From IMG/VR virus record IMGVR_UViG_3300010052_000009, positions 1 to 27,697 of that record: a stretch of 27,697 nt of DNA, one strand, 5' to 3'. This DNA comes from a virus (Duplodnaviria; Caudoviricetes). The position numbers and the translations under genes were made by a program. Positions 17,725 to 25,174 of the stretch are shown one piece after another (position 1 is the first letter of the stretch; every line of letters starts with the position of its first letter). The notes beneath the pieces were generated by a model that was given only the letters and a program-made list of their open reading frames with translations, ran no database searches and had not been told where the DNA came from.

Positions 17725-18870
17725 ATGCTCCTCTGGAACCCCCAGCCCATCCCTGTCTTCAACCCCTCGACGGGGAGGCCCGCCAACGGGGCTCTGGCCT
17801 ATTTCTATGTGGGCGGCACGAGCACGCCTCTGGAGGACATCTTCACGACGGATGACGGCGCCGCTCCTCATGCATGGCCTGTCGTCGCTGACGCGAATGG
17901 CGTGTTCCCTCCCATCTTCATCCCGTATGGCCCCTACGGCTACAAGGTCACCACGGCGACCGGCACGGCCATCAGCCCGAACGTCCTGACGGTCCAGAAC
18001 CCGGCCCCGCCTGATAGCGGCGGCGGTGGTGGCATCGTCGTGACGGCCGATCAGATCCTCCAGCCCGGCGATACGATGTGGCGGCTCCAGAGCGGCGTCC
18101 GCGCCGGCTGGGTGCGGATGAACGAGCTGACAATCGGCAATACCGGCTCGGGCGCTACGGAGCGCGCCAATGCCGACACGCTGAACCTCTACACCTTCCT
18201 CTGGGCTCTCCCGGATTCCATCGCTCCCGTCTCTGGCGGTCGTGGCGCGAATGCCGCCGCTGACTTCGCCGCGAACAAGACGATCACCGTCCCGACGATG
18301 CAGGGCTATATCGCTGCCGGCCTCGACGACATGGGCGGCACTGTCGCCAACCGCATCCAGCGCTCTACGACGATCAGCACGACCAGCGGCAGCCCCACGG
18401 CGACGGTCGCCAGCGCCGCCGGCCTCGTCATCGGCATGTACGTGGTTTCGACCAACGTCCCGGCCGGTACGACGATCACGGCCATTGCTGGCACGACGCT
18501 CACGCTCAGCGGCAATGCCAGTGCGACGGCTGGCGGTACGGCTGCCAGGTTCTCGATCTTCACCGACGCGCAGGTCGTTGGCGCGACGGGCGGCGCGGCT
18601 CAGCACTCGCTTCTGGAGCGCCAGCTGCCCGCCATCACCCCGGCCGGCTCTGTCTCCGTCTCGGTGACCAACAACCTGCCGCCCGCCAATCGCAATGCGA
18701 CCGCAGACGGGACCAATCCCATCCAGTCGCCCGGCTACTGGTTCGGCTCGTTCGGTTCGCCCGAGGCCCTTGCCGCCAGCGGCAGCTTCACCGGCACGCC
18801 CTTTGGCGGAGGGCAGGCAATGCCGCTTCTCCAGCCGTCTCGCCTCGGCACTTGGTACATGAAGCTGTGA
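17725..18870 (+). CDS. tail fibre with podoviral head-binding N-terminus and collar-like domain
   Basis: G.P.NGA.AYFY.GGTSTP...PVVADANG N-terminus; PGD...GWVRMN..TIG...VPTMQG collar-like segment; C-terminal GGGQAMPLLQPS...YMKL. Confidence 0.85.
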   Translation: MLLWNPQPIPVFNPSTGRPANGALAYFYVGGTSTPLEDIFTTDDGAAPHAWPVVADANGVFPPIFIPYGPYGYKVTTATGTAISPNVLTVQNPAPPDSGGGGGIVVTADQILQPGDTMWRLQSGVRAGWVRMNELTIGNTGSGATERANADTLNLYTFLWALPDSIAPVSGGRGANAAADFAANKTITVPTMQGYIAAGLDDMGGTVANRIQRSTTISTTSGSPTATVASAAGLVIGMYVVSTNVPAGTTITAIAGTTLTLSGNASATAGGTAARFSIFTDAQVVGATGGAAQHSLLERQLPAITPAGSVSVSVTNNLPPANRNATADGTNPIQSPGYWFGSFGSPEALAASGSFTGTPFGGGQAMPLLQPSRLGTWYMKL

Positions 18871-18877
18871 GGCCGCG

Positions 18878-19219
18878 ATGACCGACATTCGCTTTCCACG
18901 CGCTTCCAATCGTGCCGACTGGCGGTTCTGGCTGAAGAACACCGACCCGACGAACGGCTCCCTGATCGATATCCCGGTCAGCCAGGTCACGCTTCAGGTT
19001 CGCCGTCGTGATCGCTGTGGGCCGGTTCTCTCGGCCGCTCCCGGTGACGGCAAGATCACGTCGCCCGAGGCTGGCGTTCTGGAGGTCCGCTTCCCCGCGT
19101 CCGAAATGCGCAACCTCTGCGCGGACACCTACGAAGTCGGCGCCATCATCAGCGATGGCACGGACACGGCTCAATTCATTCTCGGCACTGTGCCGGTCGT
19201 TGACGGGGTGGTGCGCTAA
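18878..19219 (+). CDS. small beta-sandwich tail-associated protein (113 aa)
   Basis: SD GAGG; beta-rich, ends [10 protein letters not shown]; lies between two fibre genes. Confidence 0.65.
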   Translation: MTDIRFPRASNRADWRFWLKNTDPTNGSLIDIPVSQVTLQVRRRDRCGPVLSAAPGDGKITSPEAGVLEVRFPASEMRNLCADTYEVGAIISDGTDTAQFILGTVPVVDGVVR

Positions 19220-20328
19220 TGGGCCTGCCGATCATCAATCTCAGCCTGCTCCCGGTCTTCCCGGCCAATGTCGAAGGCGATCTGCCGATTGTCGTCACCA
19301 AGGCCGGGCTGACCTATACGTTCTCGTTCAACCCGTGGAGCTATTCGGTCAACCCGAGCCCGGTTCCGGCGCAGACGCAGCTCCTGGCGCTGAACACGGC
19401 GGATCAGTCGGTCTCTCGTGTCGCGCTCTCTGTCTTCCAGACCGGCCTCTCGATCCTCTCCACGCAGATTTCAGACAGCACCTCGACGGGTCGCTCTGTC
19501 CTGACGGGGACTCAGGCAGGCGGTCGGACCGCCCTCGGCCTCGGCTCCGTCGCGCTGCTGAACGAGATCAATCTCTCGCTCAATGTCGTCGGCAACCTCC
19601 CCGTCAACAACCTGAACAGCGGCACGGGTGCGAGCAGCTCGACCTTCTGGCGTGGTGACGGCGTGTGGTCGCAAGTCACGATGTCAACCGATGTGACCGG
19701 CATCCTGCCCGTGGCGAACGGCGGCAGCGGGCGGGCTTCTGCGACGGCCTACGCCCTGATCGCAGGCGGCACGACCGGCACGGGGGCGCACCAGAGCATC
19801 GCCAGCCTCGGCACGTCGGGGCAGGTTCTCACCTCGAATGGCGCGGGTGCCCTGCCGAGCTTCCAGAACCCGGCCGCGTCGCCATCCGGCACGATGATCC
19901 TCGTCTCGCAGGTCGCGAAAACGGACACGCAGTCCACGACCTCCACGACCGCCGTCGATGTGTCCAGCCTCTCGATCACCTTCACCGCGAAGGCCTCGAC
20001 GAAGTATCTCTACGTGTTCGACGGGGTCGCGGCGGGCAGCACGACGAACTTCGTCTCCTTCATCTGCAATGAGAAGGGCGTCGCCATCGGCATTGGCGAT
20101 GCAGCCAGCTCGCGCGGTCGCGTGACGCGGTTCGCGTCTCCAGGCGCCGGTGGCGGACATGTCGGCTTCCGTGTGTTCTCGACGCCCGGCGCCGGCTCCA
20201 CGACGGTCAAGGTGCAGTTCCTGACCTCTTCGGGAACCGGGTACATCAACCGCACGGACGCCGACACGGACAGCTCGGCGTTCCCGCGCTCGGCCAGCAC
20301 ATTCGAAGTCTGGGAGATCGTCACCTAA
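19219..20328 (+). CDS. second tail-fibre-like protein (369 aa)
   Basis: TAATG coupling; [48 protein letters not shown] fibre motifs; beta-rich tip. Confidence 0.8.
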   Translation: MGLPIINLSLLPVFPANVEGDLPIVVTKAGLTYTFSFNPWSYSVNPSPVPAQTQLLALNTADQSVSRVALSVFQTGLSILSTQISDSTSTGRSVLTGTQAGGRTALGLGSVALLNEINLSLNVVGNLPVNNLNSGTGASSSTFWRGDGVWSQVTMSTDVTGILPVANGGSGRASATAYALIAGGTTGTGAHQSIASLGTSGQVLTSNGAGALPSFQNPAASPSGTMILVSQVAKTDTQSTTSTTAVDVSSLSITFTAKASTKYLYVFDGVAAGSTTNFVSFICNEKGVAIGIGDAASSRGRVTRFASPGAGGGHVGFRVFSTPGAGSTTVKVQFLTSSGTGYINRTDADTDSSAFPRSASTFEVWEIVT

Positions 20329-20371
20329 TAAGGCCGTTGAACCCGGCCGGCAAAAATGGTTCATGAATCGC

Positions 20372-20393
20372 GGGCCTGAGAACCCATGCAAGC
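20372..20393 (+). promoter_or_regulatory. a1-b1 target site of c4-type antisense RNA
   Basis: GGG-CCTGAGAA-CCC stem-loop followed by GCAAGC (20388-20393). Confidence 0.75.
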
Positions 20394-20439
20394 AGCGACC
20401 GTCGAGCGGGTTTCGTTTGGCGGTCGCATCTGGCCATCA

Positions 20440-20523
20440 GGCCGGGGTCGGTCGCTATGTCCAGGGCGTGAGCCTAAAGGCGGTCGGCACGTACGCTTGC
20501 GTGTTCTCAGCCCCCGGCTGCCA
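20440..20523 (+). ncRNA. c4-like antisense RNA
   Basis: 8-bp closing stem GGCCGGGG/CCCCGGCT plus 3' GCCA; arm 1 ends in GGC-GTGA-GCC; arm 2 GCACGT-acgctt-GCGTGT carries b' (GCTTGC 20495-20500); a' TTCTCAG (20504-20510). Both are complementary to the flanking a-b sites. Confidence 0.75.
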
Positions 20524-20536
20524 GTCCGTTACTGGC

Positions 20537-20562
20537 GCGGCCCTGAGAAGCCGTTCGCAAGC
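20537..20562 (+). promoter_or_regulatory. a2-b2 target site of c4-type antisense RNA
   Basis: GCGGC-CCTGAGAA-GCCGT stem-loop followed by GCAAGC (20557-20562), ending 9 nt before ATG 20572. Confidence 0.75.
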
Positions 20563-20571
20563 GAGCCCACC

Positions 20572-21135
20572 ATGCACAACCTGATGCGGGCTGTGATAGC
20601 CCTTGCGCTTGTCCTGTCCTCGGGATGGGCAGCCGCAGACACGCCTCCGCGCCCGTTCCCCTGGGTGAAGGCGAATGAGCTGTACGTCACGCCCTCCGCC
20701 TCGCGCCAGTATGGCCCTGACGAGAACGGCGAAGCCGGCAACGTCATCTATGTCATCACCCGCATTCCGGGGCCGGTCTATGGACCGCAGGAGTCGGGCG
20801 TGTGGCATACGGTGGACCTCAAGCCACTCGGCGTGACCGCTGACGCACAGGCGGCCTTCCTGTCCGGCATCCTGATCATTACGCGCGGCACCACATCCGA
20901 GACGGCGGACATCACCCTTACCTTCCGCCGGCCGGGGGATGGCACGCCCTGCACCAAGTATCTCGGTCAGGCCGTCGAAGCGCATTCGGGGGGCGGGCAG
21001 CGTAGCCCCATTTCGTCATGGGTCCCTCTGGGCGATGGCAAGTTCGAGTTCTGCTATCGGATCATGACGCCGGGCTCCTGGCCCACCAATTCAGCCTACG
21101 GCATCAACATGAGCCTTCAGGCGTGGACGCGCTGA
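20572..21135 (+). CDS. secreted beta-rich protein (187 aa, signal peptide)
   Basis: MHNLMRAVIALALVLSSGWAAA|DTPP signal peptide; two Cys; frame is open upstream to ATG 20386. Confidence 0.8.
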   Translation: MHNLMRAVIALALVLSSGWAAADTPPRPFPWVKANELYVTPSASRQYGPDENGEAGNVIYVITRIPGPVYGPQESGVWHTVDLKPLGVTADAQAAFLSGILIITRGTTSETADITLTFRRPGDGTPCTKYLGQAVEAHSGGGQRSPISSWVPLGDGKFEFCYRIMTPGSWPTNSAYGINMSLQAWTR

Positions 21136-21161
21136 TCTAGCTCTTCATCGCCAAGCCTTTC

Positions 21162-21188
21162 AGCCCGCCTCGTGCGGGCTTTTTCTTT
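21162..21188 (+). terminator. intrinsic terminator before endolysin
   Basis: AGCCCGC-ctcgt-GCGGGCT followed by TTTTCTTT. Confidence 0.78.
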
Positions 21189-21197
21189 GGAGCATCC

Positions 21198-21770
21198 ATG
21201 AAAGTCAGTGCAGCGGGCCGGAAGGCTATCGCGGCCCATGAGGGTGTGCGCCTGAAAGCCTACCCAGACCCGGCGACAGGCGGGGAGCCGTGGACGATTG
21301 GTGTAGGCCACACGAGCGCTGCCGGCCTGCCGAAGGTCTACAAGGGCCTCACCATCACGGAAGACGAGTGCGACGAAATCCTATCGCGCGACCTCGCCAC
21401 GTTCGAGGACGCGGTTAAGGAGGCGGTCAAGGTTCCGCTCAATCAGAACCAGTTCGACGCGCTAGTCTCGTTCACGTTCAACGTCGGCGCCGGCAACCTC
21501 CAGAAATCGACGCTGCTGAAGCGCCTGAATCAGGGCGATTATCGCGGTGCTGCCGAGCAGTTCGGCGCCTGGAACAAGGCTGCCGGCAAGGTGATGAAGG
21601 GGCTCGTCACGCGACGGGCTGACGAACGGGCTCTGTTCCTACGACCGGTCGATGACGCCCCTGCCGCGCCCGCCAAGCCAGCCCCAACCCTCATCGAAGA
21701 GCTGCCGACTGCCGAGCCGTTCTGGCCTGCGCTGTGGGCCGCGATCCTGTCTCTGTTCAAGGGCAAATGA
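21198..21770 (+). CDS. endolysin, phage lysozyme (GH24)
   Basis: HEG.RLKAYPD...WTIGVGHT catalytic region, QFDALVSFTFNVG, GLVTRRADERALF. Confidence 0.96.
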   Translation: MKVSAAGRKAIAAHEGVRLKAYPDPATGGEPWTIGVGHTSAAGLPKVYKGLTITEDECDEILSRDLATFEDAVKEAVKVPLNQNQFDALVSFTFNVGAGNLQKSTLLKRLNQGDYRGAAEQFGAWNKAAGKVMKGLVTRRADERALFLRPVDDAPAAPAKPAPTLIEELPTAEPFWPALWAAILSLFKGK

Positions 21771-21967
21771 CCATGCTCCAGATACTCGCGCCCGCGATCC
21801 GCATCATGATCCTGTGGGCTTTCACGCGCTTCGCGACGCTCGGCTACCTGACGCCTGAGAACGCGACCACGCTGACGAAGGTTGTCATGGACGCGCTCGT
21901 CTATGGCGCACCGCTGGCTTATGCCTGGTGGGCTGCTCGGCAGGTCGCCAAGGAGCGGGCGAAGTGA
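21767..21967 (+). CDS. small membrane protein, holin candidate
   Basis: ATGA coupling with endolysin; two hydrophobic segments and a basic C-terminus; second ATG at 21773. Confidence 0.6.
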   Translation: MTMLQILAPAIRIMILWAFTRFATLGYLTPENATTLTKVVMDALVYGAPLAYAWWAARQVAKERAK

Positions 21968-22194
21968 GTGGCCTGCTGCTCGACCTGCTGGCGGGCCTCT
22001 GGAAGCCGCTGGCAGCCATCGGCGCTGTGCTGGCTGGCATTGGCGGCTTCTACCTCAAGGGCCGTTCCGACGCGACTGCGAAGGCCAAGCTGAAGGACAT
22101 CACGAATGCGAACGCTATCCGCAAGGCTGGGGCTGACGCTCGGTCTGGGGCTAATCCTGACGGGGTGCACGATGACGGCTGGCGACGCGACTAA
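21964..22194 (+). CDS. i-spanin (Rz-like)
   Basis: GTGA coupling, SD AAGGAG; N-terminal TM helix, YLKGR, helical periplasmic part ending DDGWRRD. Confidence 0.75.
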   Translation: MSGLLLDLLAGLWKPLAAIGAVLAGIGGFYLKGRSDATAKAKLKDITNANAIRKAGADARSGANPDGVHDDGWRRD

Positions 22195-22315
22195 ATCGGC
22201 TGTCTGCGACCAGTTCAAGCCTATCCGCTGGTCAAGCGCCGATACCGTCGAAACGATCCGTCAGGTGAAAGAGGCGAACGCCGTAGGCGTGGCGGTGTGC
22301 GGATGGCGCCCATGA
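22106..22315 (+). CDS. o-spanin lipoprotein (Rz1-like)
   Basis: Lipobox LTGC; C..FKPI.WS..DT.ET..QV..AN......C; overlaps i-spanin 3' end in another frame. Confidence 0.82.
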   Translation: MRTLSARLGLTLGLGLILTGCTMTAGDATKSAVCDQFKPIRWSSADTVETIRQVKEANAVGVAVCGWRP

Positions 22316-22533
22316 GCATCGAATCCGACACCCGCGACCGTGTCATCCGCATGGAGGCCGATCTGCTCAACCTGCGGAACGACTTCGACGAAGCGAACCA
22401 GAAGATCACCGCCATGCATGATCTGCTCCAGCAGGCGAAGGGCGTTCGATGGCTGATCGTCATCATGGCGACCATCGGCGGCTTCGTGGCGTCGAAGATC
22501 GGTTCGCTCCTTCCATGGCTGATCAAGCAATAG
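22312..22533 (+). CDS. coiled-coil + C-terminal TM protein (XhlA-like holin candidate)
   Basis: ATGA coupling; N-terminal heptad region, QAKG, one C-terminal hydrophobic helix. Confidence 0.65.
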   Translation: MSIESDTRDRVIRMEADLLNLRNDFDEANQKITAMHDLLQQAKGVRWLIVIMATIGGFVASKIGSLLPWLIKQ

Positions 22534-22672
22534 CGCCACTGGCGCCACCCTCTCGCGTCATCTCGCGAGGCGCGCATGCCCGGCCATAGGCAGCGCGAAA
22601 CTCAAGACAGAGGCCCTTGTCACTGTGCCGCGATAGCGCGGCCCATTCTCCTTTTGATGCCTCCCTGTTTAA

Positions 22673-22882
22673 CTAGCCGGCGGCTCCATTCGTGGGGTCG
22701 TCGGCGCCTTTTTGCGTTTGAACCCGACCCGGATACTGTCGTTCAAGGATCACGCGAATAGCAGCCATGGCGTCAGCGAGGTATGGCCCTTGATGCGCTT
22801 TCGGCAGGCGCTGCCACGGTGTGCAGCCCCGGCCATTGCGTCCCTCGTAGATAGCCCTCGCGACTTCTTCAATCTCGGTCAT
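22673..22882 (-). CDS. hypothetical protein (69 aa)
   Basis: SD GGAG; IEEVARAIY...W..L...YLADAMAAI module; last gene of leftward operon. Confidence 0.7.
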   Translation of the reverse strand: MTEIEEVARAIYEGRNGRGCTPWQRLPKAHQGPYLADAMAAIRVILERQYPGRVQTQKGADDPTNGAAG

Positions 22883-23377
22883 CTACTCCCCCTCCGCCCG
22901 TATGGCTGCGGCATTGAGCAGCGCCAGTTTGCGTTCGATTTCGAGATAGCGCGCCGTCTCCCGAGCGCTCAAGGGCGCGGCGGCTTCGAGACGATGCCGC
23001 TCTTCCTCCAGACTTCTGGCCTCGTACGCCCTGACCATGCTTTCGAATCGCTCCCTCTCCGCAGCGAGAGCGGCTTCTGCGGCTAGGGCGCGGGCTTCGA
23101 GGACGCGATTGCGTTCCCATTCCTCCGCTAGAGCCTCCTCGGCTCGGTTATGATCCCTCGCGTCCGCCAGGATCGGGGCGAAGAGGTCGAGAACGGCCGT
23201 TGCTTGGGCCATCTCTGATGGGAGGATGCTGGGTCGGTAAGGGCTGGCCGGCGTGAGATGGTGGCGCCAACTTGCGATCACCCGCGCAATCTCCTCGACA
23301 CCCGGCACCTCGGCAGGGGCGGCCACCATTTTGTTGGCGTTAACAATATGGTCTGGGGCCTCCTTCTCACCGGTCAC
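22883..23377 (-). CDS. hypothetical coiled-coil protein (164 aa)
   Basis: GTG 23377 coupled to upstream stop (GTGA); ends AAAIRAEGE. Confidence 0.72.
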   Translation of the reverse strand: MTGEKEAPDHIVNANKMVAAPAEVPGVEEIARVIASWRHHLTPASPYRPSILPSEMAQATAVLDLFAPILADARDHNRAEEALAEEWERNRVLEARALAAEAALAAERERFESMVRAYEARSLEEERHRLEAAAPLSARETARYLEIERKLALLNAAAIRAEGE

Positions 23378-23588
23378 GGCAAGCTCTCCATCTGCTTCAT
23401 GGCCCATGCCATATCCTCGGCTGTAGGTGGCAATGCGATAGCTCGGCAGAGCGACCGCAGATCGGCGTCCGAGGCGGATGGATCGTTCGCCATGTCCTGG
23501 ATCGCCCTGCGCTCCTGCCAGAGGATGGAAAGCAACTCGACGAGAGCAAGCGCGCGGGAATCGATAGGGGCCTCCTTCTCACCGGTCA
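23355..23588. repeat. 22-bp perfect direct repeat (23355-23376, 23567-23588)
   Basis: GGGGCCTCCTTCTCACCGGTCA occurs twice; encodes the identical N-terminus TGEKEAP of two adjacent genes. Confidence 0.95.
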
Positions 23589-23589
23589 T
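23374..23589 (-). CDS. hypothetical protein (71 aa)
   Basis: ATG 23589 with SD GAGG; overlaps HD gene end; starts MTGEKEAP. Confidence 0.68.
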   Translation of the reverse strand: MTGEKEAPIDSRALALVELLSILWQERRAIQDMANDPSASDADLRSLCRAIALPPTAEDMAWAMKQMESLP

Positions 23590-24130
23590 GGGTGGCCTCG
23601 TCTGCCTCCGGGGGATTTTTAGAGTGCGCATCCGCGAGGTCGGCGTCTCTGTCCTCCAGAGCCTGGAGAACCGTGCGCGCGGCCTCATACTTGTTTCGCA
23701 GCCGGCGCCGCGTGGCAGGATCGAGCCGGTCGAGGCGGCTGGGATCGAGGTTGTCGTCTATGTCGAGGAGCTTGACGCAGCGGGCAACGGCGCCAGCCTG
23801 CCGGCAACGTTCGATGAACGCCGCATAGGGCTCGCCGTCTCGCCTTGTCAGGGCATCGACTGCCGACACGACCCGCTCTGAGAACCCACATTCGCGCAGG
23901 TCGTCCAGAGTGAGCGCGCTGTCTTCGACGATGTCATGAAGCGCCGCCACGATCGGCACGTCAGGAGCACATCCCCGCGTCAGCGCAGCCTCTACCATCC
24001 GCAAGATATGCGTGAGGTAGGGCAGGCCGGACTTGTCGAACTGATCTGCATGCGCGGTAGCAGCGAGGTGCAGAGCGCCCGCCAGATCGGCTCCGTCCAT
24101 GATCGAGGTCTCGCGGATGCCAACTATCAT
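23579..24130 (-). CDS. HD-domain protein, RelA/SpoT-type small hydrolase
   Basis: AH..Q.DK.G.PY..H, ALHDIVED, V.ALT, VKL.D..DN; ATG 24130 coupled to upstream stop (alternative ATG 24100). Confidence 0.9.
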   Translation of the reverse strand: MIVGIRETSIMDGADLAGALHLAATAHADQFDKSGLPYLTHILRMVEAALTRGCAPDVPIVAALHDIVEDSALTLDDLRECGFSERVVSAVDALTRRDGEPYAAFIERCRQAGAVARCVKLLDIDDNLDPSRLDRLDPATRRRLRNKYEAARTVLQALEDRDADLADAHSKNPPEADEATHDR

Positions 24131-24879
24131 TCCCCAACCCTCCCGGCAGAGGTGGACTGAGACAGGGGCAAGCAGTTCGCGCAGCGGCACGGGCGGCCGA
24201 CCTGCCATGTGTCCGTTCCAACTGGATTGCCCGTAGCGAGGCACCGCACCACATCCCCGCCCGCAGGCGAGGAGGCGGGCTTGGCGAGGTGCAGATCGTA
24301 GGTGCCGTCTGGCAGATCAAACGCCGGGAGAAGCGGTTCATGCTGGACGAAGGCACCCCGCTTCGTGACGCGGAAGGCAGCGCCCCCAGCCTCAGACACG
24401 GGCGTCGCGGCCGGGGAGAGGGAGGCGATGATCTGCTTGGCCAAGCCTTCGGTGTCAGCCCGCGCCAGCGTCCCTTTGGCGCCGTCATAATCTCCACCGT
24501 GACGCGCATGCCAGCGGTTCCAGATCAAGCGTGCCACCGCATCCACCCCGCCGCTCGCAGGGGCTGGGGCGGAGGCGAACGAACGATGGATGCCGCCGAT
24601 TTCAGCGTCAGTTGCGCGGTTTATGCGGGCGACTGCGGCTTTGTAGAACGCGGAGACTGCGGCATCCCAACCGGCAGCGGCGCCGCGACCGAACGACGGC
24701 GCGTCAACATCCATCGACGCTTGCCGGCCGTGGTGCATGTCGAGCATGTCTTCGCAAATCTCGCGGAGCGCCACCGCATCCACCCCGCGCACTCGAACAT
24801 AAGCGTCAATGATGCGCTCGATTTCAGCCGCGCTGAGCACCGCCTCATCGCGCGTGGGGGTGGGCTCAGAAGTCGTCAT
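24127..24879 (-). CDS. mosaic hypothetical protein (250 aa)
   Basis: ATG 24879 with SD GGAGG; mini-domains separated by A/P/S/G linkers; C-terminal C..TGNP.GTDT...C.C..C. Confidence 0.75.
   Translation of the reverse strand: MTTSEPTPTRDEAVLSAAEIERIIDAYVRVRGVDAVALREICEDMLDMHHGRQASMDVDAPSFGRGAAAGWDAAVSAFYKAAVARINRATDAEIGGIHRSFASAPAPASGGVDAVARLIWNRWHARHGGDYDGAKGTLARADTEGLAKQIIASLSPAATPVSEAGGAAFRVTKRGAFVQHEPLLPAFDLPDGTYDLHLAKPASSPAGGDVVRCLATGNPVGTDTWQVGRPCRCANCLPLSQSTSAGRVGE
24533..24788. repeat. 19-bp perfect in-frame direct repeat (24533-24551, 24770-24788)
   Basis: GCCACCGCATCCACCCCGC twice, 237 bp (79 codons) apart, encoding GVDAVA. Confidence 0.93.
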
Positions 24880-25174
24880 CTTCGTCCTCCAGATGGGCGG
24901 GAAGGCAGCCGTGGCGTTTGGCGATCTCGCGAATATCCGGGTTGTCCCAGTCGATAAGATCGCGTCGCCCTTCTCCGCTGAAATCCGGGCCGGTATGAAA
25001 CCAATATTCGATCTGTTCGCAGAGGCATTTGCGGGCGGTCGTTTTGGTCGGAGACCGAAGCAACCTGTCGAGATCGTCCTGATCGGCATAGCCGCCGGTC
25101 ATGTCTGATGCCGGCGCGATGCCCCAGAGATAGGAGTGATCTGCGAATGCCTGCTTGTAAGTGATGCGGCTCAT
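24866..25174 (-). CDS. hypothetical protein (102 aa)
   Basis: ATGA coupling, SD GGAGG; globular-looking sequence. Confidence 0.75.
   Translation of the reverse strand: MSRITYKQAFADHSYLWGIAPASDMTGGYADQDDLDRLLRSPTKTTARKCLCEQIEYWFHTGPDFSGEGRRDLIDWDNPDIREIAKRHGCLPAHLEDEDDDF

Noticed and set aside
17593-18990. Upstream 466 codons of the 606-aa minus-strand ORF
   Set aside because: Antisense to the tail fibre; the real gene starts at ATG 17592 with an SD and lipobox.
20440-20523. Possible tRNA gene (acceptor-like stem plus CCA)
   Set aside because: No T-loop GTTCRA, D-loop or 7-nt anticodon loop; only two arms; complementarity to flanking sites fits a c4-type RNA better.
20372-20562. Hammerhead ribozyme or c-di-GMP riboswitch
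   Set aside because: CTGAGAA is not the CUGANGA core and there is no correctly placed GAAA; conserved riboswitch motifs are not found.
5125-21861. Other CCTGAGAA copies (5125, 16161, 21854) as c4 targets
   Set aside because: Inside coding sequence as Pro-Glu-Lys/Asn codons and without a following GCAAGC.
24880-25089. N-terminal extension of the 320-aa ORF, and alternative ORF 24876-25181
   Set aside because: Both overlap the better-supported 102-aa gene; ATG 24879 has a GGAGG SD.
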